NCBI GenBank assembly: GCA_051294905.1
Contig: CM119373.1
Location: forward strand, 1,180,001-1,244,000
Length of the DNA stretch: 64,000 nucleotides
Source of the DNA: Botryllus schlosseri
Lineage: Eukaryota
Direction: 5' to 3'
The notes under the pieces: model-generated
Database searches by the model: none
What the model saw: the letters and a program-made list of their open reading frames with translations, nothing else
Told to the model about the DNA's origin: nothing
Part shown: one piece after another, positions 1-12,043 of the stretch
Numbering within the stretch: position 1 is the first letter of the stretch
How the letters are laid out: the number at the start of each line of letters is the position of its first letter
Translations under genes and position numbers: made by a program

Positions 1-579
1 GAAAACTTGCCATTTTATGGGTTTCATGATTTACTTTCAAGTGATTGTATATGGGAGGGATAAGACCAACACCTTCTGTATTCTAGAGATAAATATATTT
101 AATAGGATCAATCAAATATTGATTTCAGGTATATGTTATGCTGGCCCATACCACAACCTATTGAGGTATGGGCCGGCCCATACCCCAATCTTCTAAAAGG
201 CCCATACCTCAAACACTCCATCTTGAGGATTCTTACCATAATTTCAAGATCCGAGAGATTGACAAAGCATTAAAACTATACTCTATAGATAGCATATTTC
301 AATAGCTTTCACACCATAAATAAGTCTAATCCAAACATGCACATATGTGAACTCAAACCCAAATTCCCTATTTTCAAATAAATTTACTTTAGACCGCAAA
401 AATTATATATCTCTAGCTAAGTCAAAAACTCCGCTGGCCTCATGGCTGTGAGTAACATGGGTAAGTCTGGAGCCTTTTTCTAACAATCACACAGCTTGTC
501 AAGCAAATGTGATGTCACAGTCACCAGATATGGCAGTGGCCCACACCTCAACAGTGGCCCATACCTACCCACTCTCCCC
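1..579. mobile_element. Right part of a MITE (terminus ...ACCCACTCTCCCC) inserted into a hAT-type MITE
   Basis: Recurrent GGCCCATACC subterminal motifs. The element ends where the host element resumes (tactcaagtaagtaag, compare 11645). Confidence 0.55.
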
Positions 580-1471
580 TACTCAAGTAAGTAAGTAGTT
601 ATGAAAACAATCTTAATTCGTTCGCATGGACTGTCAAAAGCTGCAAATGGAGCTATGCGGAGGGTGTAGAGAGCTTGATTCATATCGATGCATCCCAGGA
701 GGGGTCAATTTTTGACAGAATTAGTAGTCGTCCACATCATGGGATGTAAATGATAGTATAGATATGGAAATGCGATACTAATCCTCTGTTTACTCAAACA
801 CCCAGTTTTAGGGAATATCATGGCAAGGCGCCCTCCCCCAGTAAGTAATTAGAACTCAACGTATAATACTCGTAATTGAAAGAAAAATACAAATACTACT
901 TCTAAAAAGTGGAATATTTTGTCCAGAAAATTTTAACGGTGGTCTGCTAAAACAGGTCTAACGTTAAAAATGTCAAAATCCACATTTCCAGATTAGGACG
1001 CGTCATGAGCTGCTAGCTATAATAGCTAATTGCTAGATTGCGTAACGGTAGTTTCAAACGTTATTGGTGCCCATACTTATTGTGATGAAGTATTTGATAT
1101 AGGTGACAATGCAGTGTGAATGGAACCACGCAACCCGGTAGCTAAACTATATTCAGTGATACTTTCATGAAATCATACCGGCCACTTGATATCTACGCGC
1201 AACAAAAATACTGCGTATTACATGACTTTTATGAAAATTGAATGTTGTTACTATGTGAAAGTGGCCTCGGAATTCCTTAGGCTATCTTTCTTATTTGGGG
1301 ATCAAACTACTCCTACTTGACAAACTGAAAATAACGAAAAGTAAGTAGTTCCCAACATATTACAAAGTAGAAGCATCGAAAGAAAGATCTACTTGAGAAA
1401 GTACCAGAAGTAAAGGAATACCACTTGGATACTTTGAAAAAGTAGAAGTACTTCTTTGCTGACCACCTCTG
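580..1471. mobile_element. hAT-type MITE (CAGAGGTGGTCA TIR family), right part
   Basis: Ends in TGACCACCTCTG. Collinear with 11645-11900 plus 14580-15234, with AGTAGAAGTA subterminal repeats. Confidence 0.8.
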
Positions 1472-2114
1472 GTAATAGAGTATTTTTGAATGATATTTCT
1501 TTGCTCAAAGCAGTTCGATCGAATCTCGTCAGGACGAATCGTCAACCATTGCAAATTTTACTCGCTAGTCTACGTGATAGAATTGCTAGGCCGCCAAAAA
1601 AATGTTGCACGCCAATCATAGGCGCCGAACGCTAATTTTCCTTAGGTAGCCTATGCGAGTTCGATTACGTCACAAAGGAATGATGTCATGATCCGACGGA
1701 ATTGATAATTAGGGTTAATATAGCATCAATTCATTAGGGTTAAGTACATGCATAAATACCGATTATGCAATATCTTCGTGTCAACAAACTTGAGCGTATG
1801 ATAAGCTTGTCAACGAGTCCGGAAGTGCTGTCAATTAGCGAGTCCCTGATCGCTAGCGAACAATTATATACGCCGCTTATCAATGCGAATACGTAACCTC
1901 GGCGACGATTTGCGCAAGACAAAATGTCCGAGTTGTTATGGAATCTGTTCTATAATGGCACCGATTTCAGGTGGTTCAAACCTTTCTCGTCTTTTACAAC
2001 TCAAGCCTTGACAGTTGACACACATCTCCCGATGGTTATGTTTCGGTATTAGCGGAATTCACTCACGCATTCACGGCGCACTCACAATCGCACATGTCTG
2101 CGGACATTCTATGT

Positions 2115-3662
2115 CAAGGGTCGGCAACCTACGGCCCGCGGGCCGGATCCGGCCCGCCAAGCGAAATCGTCCGGCCCGCGACATAATAATTAGTTATCAC
2201 AAGAATACGGCCCGCCGCTTCATAATGAGTTTGAATCTGCAGTGCAGCGCTGCATGAAAAAAATGCGGCATTGCTACGATATAATAGTAGCCCACATCGT
2301 ATTAGTCTATCGTTACGCCATAAAACGAAGGTGGTTGAAGTAGATGATGGAGAATAGACTTGACTGGATCAGTGCTTATCAATTGGGTGTATCTCGCAAC
2401 CGAAGGTGTTCCATGCTTTTTTAAAGGGTTAATCACTCTAACGGGGTGTGACAATAAAGGTGTTCTTCCTTTGCTTCGAAAACGCTTGGAGCATCTCAGA
2501 CGCAATCTCAAACTATTCAATTATAGATAACTAGTCTCCGTGTTAGTTAGCCAGTGTATAATTTGATTTTCCAGAAGGCATCGTGTGCCAAGACAAAAAA
2601 CCTGAATAGTGTTTTGGCCAAAATGGTCAAAACTGTTAATATGATTTTTGTCTCATCAACTGAATCAGTTACGCCAGATATTACTAGAAGCAGAGAATCA
2701 ATATGGCGATGTCATGTAGGCCTATATCTGTCATGTTCGCTCATTGAGTCGAGCAGCTATGCTTACACGAGTGTATGAACTGGGAAATGAAATATAGCAA
2801 CTTTCCTCTAAAATACAAATATCGCCGACTCACAATCTTGTTATCGAAAATGGGTATCCCATCTCGCTTTCCTGGTACATTTAACGTCTGAACATCTGAA
2901 CAGATTGAACTTGCAACTTCAGGAGGAAAACAACTACATACATGAGATGTTGAGGCGCATTCAAAACAAATCTGTGACTCTGGAAATGTCAGCAGTACAA
3001 AGAATATTATGCTCACTTTCATATACTGGAGGAGAGAAAACCTAGTCTCAACACTACATTTCTAACTGTGATACGAAATTTAACTACAGAATATTCACCC
3101 GCTTTTCCGACATTCCTTCTCTACAAAATGAATTCTGACTATTCAGTACTCTGTTTAATGTGGACGCCAATTACATTGCCTGAAAATTTCAAATGGGCCT
3201 TTCTGAAATGCGATGCAGTTGAATTGAATGACAAATTTCATACAAAGAGCATATCGCTGCATGACTTTGACAAAGAGTACGTTCTTGAAATTGGTCTTTA
3301 TCCCAGCTTGACCAGCAATGCAAAAGAAATTGCATCGATTTTTGGAAGCACGTACGCATGTGAACAATAGTTTTGAACAATGAAATTCACAAAGAGCAAG
3401 CTAAGATCACGTATTTCGGACGTCCATTTTGAATAGGGTCTGATTATTGTTTCATCTGACTTGTTATCAGAAGAAGAAACCTTTCACAAAGCAAGCTGCG
3501 TCAATTGTCACAATTATTCTGTGTAGTATGATTGAGATTGCAGCAATGTAGGATAATATACCGAAGTGAACTTAAAATATAGTACTAAGAAAAAATCCGG
3601 CCCGCCAAAAGGTTGTACACCTGAAATTTGGCCCGCGACTAGCGAAAGGTTGCCGACCCCTG
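2115..3662 (+). mobile_element. Buster/SPIN-type hAT DNA transposon with decayed transposase (GTF2IRD2-like)
   Basis: TIRs CAAGGGTCGGCAACCT...AGGTTGCCGACCCCTG and an 8-bp TSD TTCTATGT (nnnTAnnn). Fragments LAKMVKTVNMI, HLAFLVHLTSEHLNRLNLQLQ and IASIFGSTYACEQ...MKFTKSKLRSRISD (hAT dimerisation domain) are broken by stops and frameshifts. Confidence 0.9.
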
Positions 3663-4798
3663 TTCTATGTCATTCAGTTCAGCGATGTCGCTCTTTAATT
3701 ACAATCGCTAACCAGCAAACACCTAATGGCATTGTCACCAAGCCATCGAGAGATCGGAGCCAACGCATGCTCGGCTCTTGACGCGATAGTTGGCCAGCGA
3801 TGATATCTTTCGTACCAGGCCTGTTGCAGATACGATTGTGTGGGCAAGCAATAATATCGTGTGCGCCAATGCAGATGTGATAGTGCAGGCAGCGATGGTA
3901 CAGTTCGCACCGGGCCTACTGCGCACGGCAATCAATGACATAATTTCGCGATCATCTCAGCGGGAGATCGCGTCGCGTTACATTGTGCAAAGACAAATCT
4001 CGCTAATTGACAACGCGCTTGTCGCTAATTGGCATCGCGCAATGGGTTACCTCGCTCACATAAGCGGCAGCAGGTTATGTCGTAAACGGAAATACATTGC
4101 GATTTGTTCTAAATAACACAATCGGGGCTTATGCCGATTCCTGCCAGACCGAATTCTAGGTATGCCGCATACCTAAGAATATGTCAAGGTATGCCTGGCA
4201 TACCTTGCATACCCAGGTTCGGGTCATTTCCAACCTATATAACAAAAAAGTTTTGGATTTATTTAATAGGAATTGATATATAATTTTTTCTAATTTTACT
4301 GGCTCACCCCACAAAATTGTTAGCACAAAATTTTGAATTTGAAAATTCTAGTAGTATGTAGACTGTATGGTTCAGTATATATTTTACATCTATCCACTGT
4401 AAATACTAGGATTTGAAATCCCAAATTTTGAACATCAATAACTTTGCTTTTACTAGTTGGAATAGAATCAAGATTGCTATACATCGTTGCTGTATTCAAC
4501 GTAAGAATTGAATAGGGTTATATAGGGTGGAGTAGAGTCACCAGAAGTCCCGCCGTGAAACGATTAACAGCCCTCTACTTGCTAACTTGGACTCGGACTT
4601 GACTCGATGGTGAATTCAAAATGACTCGACTTGTGACTCGGGACCTTGCGACTTGCAACAAGCCTGATAATTGGTTTAACAGTTTTGGTAGAAATTGCCT
4701 ACAATAAGTTTCGATGAAATGTTGTGCCACATGTTGATAAAATACGAAGTTTGAAATCGAATTTTGCAGTGTTGCTGACATCGATCATTTCACGATAC

Positions 4799-7303
4799 CT
4801 TCTTCCTCCATTCCCAATTCTTCTTTCATAGATCGATTTGCTTCGGGACCCTGTTGTGACGCAGTGTTCGGGCCCCGTAGAGGTTACGGTTTCCACCATT
4901 GGACAGGAGTCTAGTCAGAAAAGCAGCAACATTTTACAGTCAATACTGGAGACCAGGGGTGGCCAGCCTTTTTGCCGTTCACAACCGCATTTCGGCTACT
5001 CATTTAGATTATACGGCCGCATTCCAGGGTATAGTCGTACTGATCACTGCTGGACGCCAAATACCCATGTTAAAATGTCCACTGTCCATTTCCGGTGAAC
5101 CAAGGACTAATCTATCTAATGATATAGGTTTAATATAGACACCAAAATCGGGAGTGGTGACAGGTTATGTTAGCGAATAACATCTTTCAAGAAACCGGCA
5201 GTCAATTCGTAAATTCAAACTGCTTGGCGACGCCTGCCAACACATACCTATTGAATTACGTGTCCACGGCCGCACAAATTTACTTCTACGGCCGCCGCTG
5301 CTGGAGACCAACCAACTATTATGAGTTTGCCGATATCGTATTTTGAAAGGTATATCGTCATCAGCAGATTACAGGGCCAAAATATCAGCTATTCCTGTGA
5401 TCTCAGACCATAGTAGTTGCTAGTCAGAGTCATAATCTGAGACTTGGGAATATTGATAGATTTATTTTCGTAAATGCGCCTTAAGCTAGATTCCACATGT
5501 TTCGAATTTCGGTGGAAGAAATCAGAGGGATATCCGTTATCGGATTAAAAATACGATATCGGTCGGGCTGAAGTCAATACTGAGAAGAGAAAAAAGATAA
5601 TCAAAAACTATTGATATTTTCACAAGATTTTCAGTTTTCTGGTGTGTTTATCCCAGTGTCATGAGAGGTCGTAAACTATCTCTAGAAATGCAGGGTGAAA
5701 TACTATTTTAAGTATCATAGGATGAAGCTTTCATTTTTAGCTCGTCGCTAATATCTTGCAGCTTGCAAGCTTGATATCTAATTTTAAAGTGGATTATGTG
5801 TCAGAACAGTTTCAAGAACTTGGAAGTAATTAATTTATCTGCTATTGGATTTACAAATATAGTTATAGGCCTATATCTTGTAACAGTGAAACCAGCGAAA
5901 TTGCATCATCTCTTGCTCCATTGTCATTCTTCTTGGGACTTCGGCCTATATATATAGCGTGTATACAAATTTCTTTCCAATTCTCTAGGCTACTAGTTGC
6001 TAGTTCCAAAGTAGATTAGAATAAGAATTACAGCAGCAAAGCTCTACTTCTAACTTATCGTACAAAAAACTGCATAGCTACCTGGATTTTCTGACACTTT
6101 CATAGTCATAGATGCTCCCTCAAATGTTTCGTCTCCCAGACCTAGAATAGACAAGGTTGCTTAGATCAAACAATGATTACCATGATCACCGATATGGTTA
6201 TGATGAACACTTTTTGTCGTGTTGGGATTGGATCTTCCGGGTTGGAGGTGGGTTAGGGTATTCTAACATTAGGATTGGGAATATGCCAAGTATCGTATCA
6301 CTCACCCAGCCCTAATAGCTCTTCCCAACCCACCTCCACCTCTAATAGGTAATAACTAGTGCCATTTAAAGTCATATGTTTTTCTGTGCATCAGTAAGTC
6401 GTTAAATCAATTTAATGCAAAAAACTGCATCTCTATGAGGTATATTACGAAAGTTATTAGCTCATACAAAGTCATAGTTTCCTGGTTATGTCATAAATCA
6501 GACTTTCAAGTTATATAGTCATATTTTTGAGTTATGAAGTCATATCATTGTATACTTTAAACGGTAATTCCAATTTAAGCGGTGAAGCAAATAAGCACTA
6601 AGAAAGTAAGGCAATTTGATTGCAAGTATCGCCAAGAACAGAAGCAGAGCTGCCGATTTCGATGCATGTGGCATACCACCACAGCCCATAGTTAGTTAGT
6701 TACTTGTTAGCGTAGCTGGTTGAATGCTGCTCAATATTATGCCGAGAGACCTCCGAAAGTGAACGAAATAGTAAATGCATGGGAAGGTGAAGGAGTTATT
6801 GTAAAAAGCATCAAAATTCAGTCAACAATCCAAAGTTGACTACGGTAGTTAGTTAACAGAAATATGCCCCCACTATAACAATATTTCAACAACCCTAATA
6901 CATGATACCCCTCGACTCTAATAGTTCACAGCTTTAACCCCCGACACTAACGTCGTTTATAAATTTTGACATGTTCATGTCACATGTGAATCATTAAATG
7001 GTGATCATGGTGAACACAGTGTGATGTCTGGCTGCTATCGACGAAGCGCAAAAACTCCTGTAGCTGTCCTATTTTTGTCACAAGTAGTTTGCAGGATTCC
7101 GGCATGTTTCTAGCATCCTCAACATCAACCCAATCCTGCCATTCCGTGTCAAGTATTGAAGCATAAACCTTTGGTCCTGAATATTGAAGTCGGTCGCTAT
7201 ATTTGCAAACACTTCTTCCTTCTTGGTGACGATAACCAACTTCTTGGGTTTCTTGAAAGTCACATGGTACTTGTATTTTTTTGACGACATATCAATGTAC
7301 CGC
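4799..7303 (-). pseudogene. Probable decayed multi-exon gene with an N-terminal PB1-like domain
   Basis: Acceptor ttctcag at 7304 and ATG at 7290 give MSSKKYKYHVTFKKPKKLVIV...QRFMLQY/(1-nt frameshift near 7151)/DTEWQDWVDVEDARNMPESCKLLV. Downstream candidate exons entered in phase 1 lie at 6141-6082 (canonical sites), 5945-5877 (donor AT) and 4910-4799. Confidence 0.45.
4954..5300. mobile_element. Buster-type hAT MITE
   Basis: Starts CAGGGGTGGCCAGCC; 8-bp TSD CTGGAGAC on both sides; right TIR degenerate. Confidence 0.7.
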
Positions 7304-7758
7304 CTGAGAAAAGAATTTTTCAAAGATTATGATGAAATTTCGTCATAATATTGGTCATTGCACTGGGCGATTAACCGAACTCCTGGGGACTTCGTAATTG
7401 CATGTCCTATAATTGCTCTGAAAGTGATCAGTTTTACCGGTAGAGCTAAGAGAGGTGGTGTCTTCGTAAGTATTACAGCTCGTTAATGATACACAAATAA
7501 TTATTGATCCATCTACGAGAGCGTGGGGGGGGGGTTGTTACTAATCAATCTGTTGCACGTTCTTCAATTGTGACCTCCCGGCTTCTATATGATTTAAAGA
7601 TATTGCAATAGCACAAATGTACCAGACTGAACAAAAAGAACGTATTTTCTGAGACACACGTACACACAATTCCAAGTTGACATTTCCCCACGGGGTGTGG
7701 CATTCTCTCAGATTGCCAAGCCAGGACTATTCGGTGCCGACCATTTAGGCAAGTATAT

Positions 7759-7940
7759 TTGTTTGTTTGTTTTGAGGTATTCATGGTGTTTGTCGACTAC
7801 TATGAGCATTTACACCAGGCCGATATTTTTCATTTTTATTCCGTAACTGCCGACTTATAGCACGGCCCAGTTCTAGGCGGATGAGGTGGAGAGGAGGAGT
7901 CTGAAAAACCTCCAACACTTAGGTAGGAATTCTGAAGTCA
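7759..7940 (-). mobile_element. 5'-truncated copy of the tRNA-derived SINE
   Basis: Near-identical to 18366-18550; AAAC-type tail. Confidence 0.75.
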
Positions 7941-7944
7941 ATAC

Positions 7945-8190
7945 ACCACTAGAATACGATACAATGAAGAGAAAGGAAGGTGTCGAAGCGACTTGGAGTA
8001 GTCTACGGAATCAGACACCTACCTTGGCCTAAGCGATGTAAAGAGGAGGCATGCAAGCTGAATGAAAAGTAAAGAAGATAGTATAGAGAAAGGCAAAATA
8101 GCAAAAATAGCAAAAAATGGGGTGGCATGTCATGGAAGGCAAGATCGATATATCAGTCGTGGTCCGGTAATGTTGAGGATGGACTAATAC
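7945..8190 (-). mobile_element. CR1/L2-like LINE 3' UTR fragment
   Basis: Reverse complement of the 18925-19196 and 27280-27530 sequences. Confidence 0.7.
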
Positions 8191-9400
8191 AAAACACAGT
8201 ATATATAATTCAATTCAGAACAAGGCTGTAGCGAAGAGATCGGGAGATGATCAAGTCAGGTACAGGCTGAAAGGATGGTTGTAATGTGAAACTTATAACA
8301 TAAAATAACACGCTCGCAAAGCAAAAAAAATATAACATGTTCGCAATGTATCAAAAACAGATGAAAAACTAAGTAGGATCATTCACAGTAGGTAACCTAA
8401 AGAATGGACGAGATAACATATTGGGGTTGGAGATGAGGGGGATATTAGGGTTGGAGGTGGGTTAGGGTATCCCAAGATTAGGGTTGGGTGATATTACGGT
8501 TGGATATCTCGTCCCTCACCCCGGCCCTAATCTTGGGAGAGCCTAACCCCAACTTTGACACTAACCCTAATATCAGAAAATTAGTCCACTTCATTGAAAT
8601 AGCTACATTAAAAGGACGGTGAGATAATTTTCAAATAGAGTACTTTACGCACAGAAATCAACGACCACGAAAAGGAAATGGACTGACAAGCAGGTAAAAT
8701 ACGGGTAAATATATTTCTCAACTGATACTCATACCTAGGAGTATTTTTGTTGGACCAATTCAGAGATCAGGAAATCTATCCCAGTTATGCAGGGGCAAAC
8801 CTCTCTGCCTTGATTGGAAGTTTTTACTGATTGCAAAGTCGCCATTACCAAAATCTCATCCACGGAGACATCAGTTGCATTCCTCAGCAGTTCAGTGGTC
8901 GAATATTTCTCTGCTACTGGACATTGACTGATCCAGGGCGTTAAAAACGGTATTGATTGCAATTGAGAATGGGCTATGCCAATGAATAGTATCCTTATAC
9001 GGATAATTTTAGTATCCCGCACCTTTCCGGGTTTTCTAAATATTTTCTGCGAGGCCAGGTTGAGCGTCTGCGATGGTCAGTGATCGAATGTTTCACCCTC
9101 AGATACTTCATAAGTTCAATTTTAAACTTTATACGACAGTCCTCTGCCATTTACTAGGCATAATTTGCCTTACCGGTACTCTCGAAATTTTGTGTCCCAC
9201 AGTTCTCGCGTTTTTTAGATAGGCCTACAGTCTACACACAGCACACCAGTTCACACTAACCGTATTCCGACAGTTAGGCCTAAACCTACACCTGCAGCAG
9301 CCTTGCCATCTACAGGCCACGGTCCAACTACCGGACAATGTCATACATTAACCTCTAGCCAACAAGTACAATGCCAACTGCCTGTCATTTCACACATCAA

Positions 9401-11120
9401 GGGTGGAGCCCAATTTCTCTACTGAGTAGCGATTCTCTACTCAGCAACGATTTCGTAACTCAACTCACGCCAAAAAGGATACTCATACTCAAATGCGTCC
9501 AGATCGGCACTCAAATCTAAGTCAGCGCACCACCAGACTTAAGTGTCAATTTTCACGGTCGGGCAGCCAACTGCCGGCAATACCCGCCAAATACCGTATT
9601 ACCGGCACTGTCGTATATAGCTGGAATAGGTACACTAGTGAGGTTCTGCTGAGCGAATGAACGCAGTGGCGCTTGGACGGATATTGTGTCTATAATTGTA
9701 TCTTCTGTACCCTTTCGACTTGTCGTACGGCATCTCGGTATACCGGAACGGTAACTTCTGCAGTCTCAATGCGCTAGCATCTCCCCCCCCCCCCGCGCCG
9801 TGGCGGTTCTTACGGCGACAAAAAAGCCTAGAAAAAGACCTGACAAAGAGAAAGCACTCACAAGGAATGGAAATAACTAGAAAGGGACGTGGCTTCAAAA
9901 AGATCAACATCGAAAAGAACTGTGACATCGGGCACTCTAGGCCGAGGTGGATGTCAGTAGAAAAAAAGATCGCAACTGCGTGTCGTTCGATATCCTCCCA
10001 TCTGTTCATTACATCGCATTGTGTCTTATCGCATTTTACATTGTGTGTGACTTGTTCAGATGAATAATATAACTTAACGATACTTATTATTACGCATGCT
10101 CTTCCCACAATTAAATGGATGAAACATCTTGAACAGACCCCAGTATGAACCTCAGCAGATAGAGTTCCAGCAGTGGTGGCCTTACGAACGGGGGGACCCT
10201 GGGCGAGACTTACCGGGGGGGCTATAAGTATCTAACCGTAACTTCTGGGGGGGCTCCGCCCAGACCAGGTGCTGGATTCGGCTATGTCTATTAATGCATG
10301 TGTCTAAGGATAGACTACATCAAGACTAAGTAATTCTACTGCATGCAGAGACGTGATCATCATCGGGATACGGGACTTTTCTAACAAATGCATAGATTTG
10401 ATGATGATTGACACATCCGTACGGAATCATATTCTTGCTTGGTACACGGATTTCCATGTTTATTCGTTATTATCCTTATAATCTGAATAGGGGGGGCCCT
10501 TCGACCAGGGGGGCCCCGGGCGACCGCCCACCTCGCCTACCCCAAAAGCCACCACTGAGTTCCAGGTAATATCAGGGTTAGGATACCTTCAAGCCAGTTT
10601 AGACGATAGCAGCAATATGCTATTGGAAATAAGAAATAGATGCATTATTTGTTACGGTATTTCTGGTCTGCACTTACGTGTTCGCATCATGTGAAACTTA
10701 TCTGTATATATTTCGAATGGGTTTGTAGCGACTAGCAAAGATACTTCTGTGGGGCATAGGAACGTTCCGGGTATCTTCAAGGATTTATATATTCATATTA
10801 GGTGATCTTTAAAGAGTGTGGATCAGCTGAGGGTATTCATTGCATTTAGATAAATCAGTGAGAACTGCGTCTAGTTTGTAGGCCAGTGACGAAATAATGA
10901 CGACAGCGTCGTGTTGTCATGACAAAATCGTTCACGCGTGTCCGGTCGAAGGCGAAAAAAATCTGGCAACGCCATCTCGGAAAACGACGTCTGGAAATCG
11001 ACACTCAACTGAGTAGAGAGAATTGGCGCGCACTCAACGCTGAGTAACGATCGATACTTAGTTGAGTATCGATACGCATTTGAGTAGAACTTGGCTGAGG
11101 ATAGGAATTGGGCTCCACCC
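9401..11120. mobile_element. PIF/Harbinger-like non-autonomous element
   Basis: TIR GGGTGGAGCCCAATT...AATTGGGCTCCACCC, 3-bp TSD CAA, and TGAGTA/TACTCA subterminal repeats. Confidence 0.65.
10171..10557. mobile_element. hAT-type MITE (CAGTGGTGG TIR, GC-rich ends) nested in the Harbinger-like element
   Basis: TIR CAGTGGTGGC...GCCACCACTG and perfect 8-bp TSD AGTTCCAG. Confidence 0.85.
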
Positions 11121-12043
11121 CAACTGTCTAACCCATCATATAGCTCTTTGATATGCAAATGAAAGAGAATAGAACCATACTAGAATAGGGTTACCATATT
11201 TTTGAAACCCAAATGCCGGACGCTGTTCAGCGCTCACTAGCGAATTCTAAAATGAGGTATGAGCACATTGTCGATAGGTATGACGTCACACCTGCAAATC
11301 TTTGTCAATCGACTAGAGTAGGGTTATCATATTTTGGACATCTGAAAAAAGGACTATTTTTCAAAATTTTTAAAGTTGCCAATCTGGGGGAAAATCCTGA
11401 AAAATAGTAAATTTTTCCCACTTCGTGCTCGGTTGACTGAAAGAAAAGGTCAATTTTCCGGCTCAGCTCCCGAAATACCCGCCGGAGCGTTACTTCGGCA
11501 GAGGTGGTCAAAGTAGTCAAGAAAGCTACTCAAGTAGAAGTAGAAGTAGCGACGAAAAATCTACTCAAGTACAAGTAGAAGTACTTCTTTCATGAGCAAC
11601 CTAAAACTACTTGAAGTAGAAGTAGAATTGACTGACTTTAAAAGTACTCAAGTAAGTAAGTAGTTGTGAAAACGATCCTAATTCGTTCACATGGATTGTA
11701 AAAAGGTGCAAATTGAGCTATGCGATAGGTGACGAGCTTGATTCATATTGATGCATACCAGCAGGTATCCAATTTTCGATAGCATAAGCATTCGTCCACA
11801 TCATGGGGTGAAAATGATAGTATTGATAAGGAATTGCGATACTAATCCCCTGTTTTCTCGAACAACGCGTTTTGGAAAATAGCATGGTATGGCGTCATCC
11901 CCCTATAACGCCCGTAGTTTAGTCGAAGAGCAATATGGTAGGCTTACCATGTTTTGGAAATCTAAAAAGAGGACACCTTTTCAGAAATTTGGGACTTGCA
12001 AAACTGCAATTTGCTCTAAAACTGACCTAAATTTTCAAAAAAG

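Noticed and set aside
8735..9150. Minus-strand ORFs of 95 aa and 51 aa
   Set aside because: No recognisable domain, and no splice solution keeps a frame open; at best decayed or UTR sequence of the putative pseudogene.
9635..10108. Overlapping 157-aa and 123-aa ORFs
   Set aside because: They span a dispersed repeat (inverted copy at about 27555-27700) inside a transposon; no protein motif.
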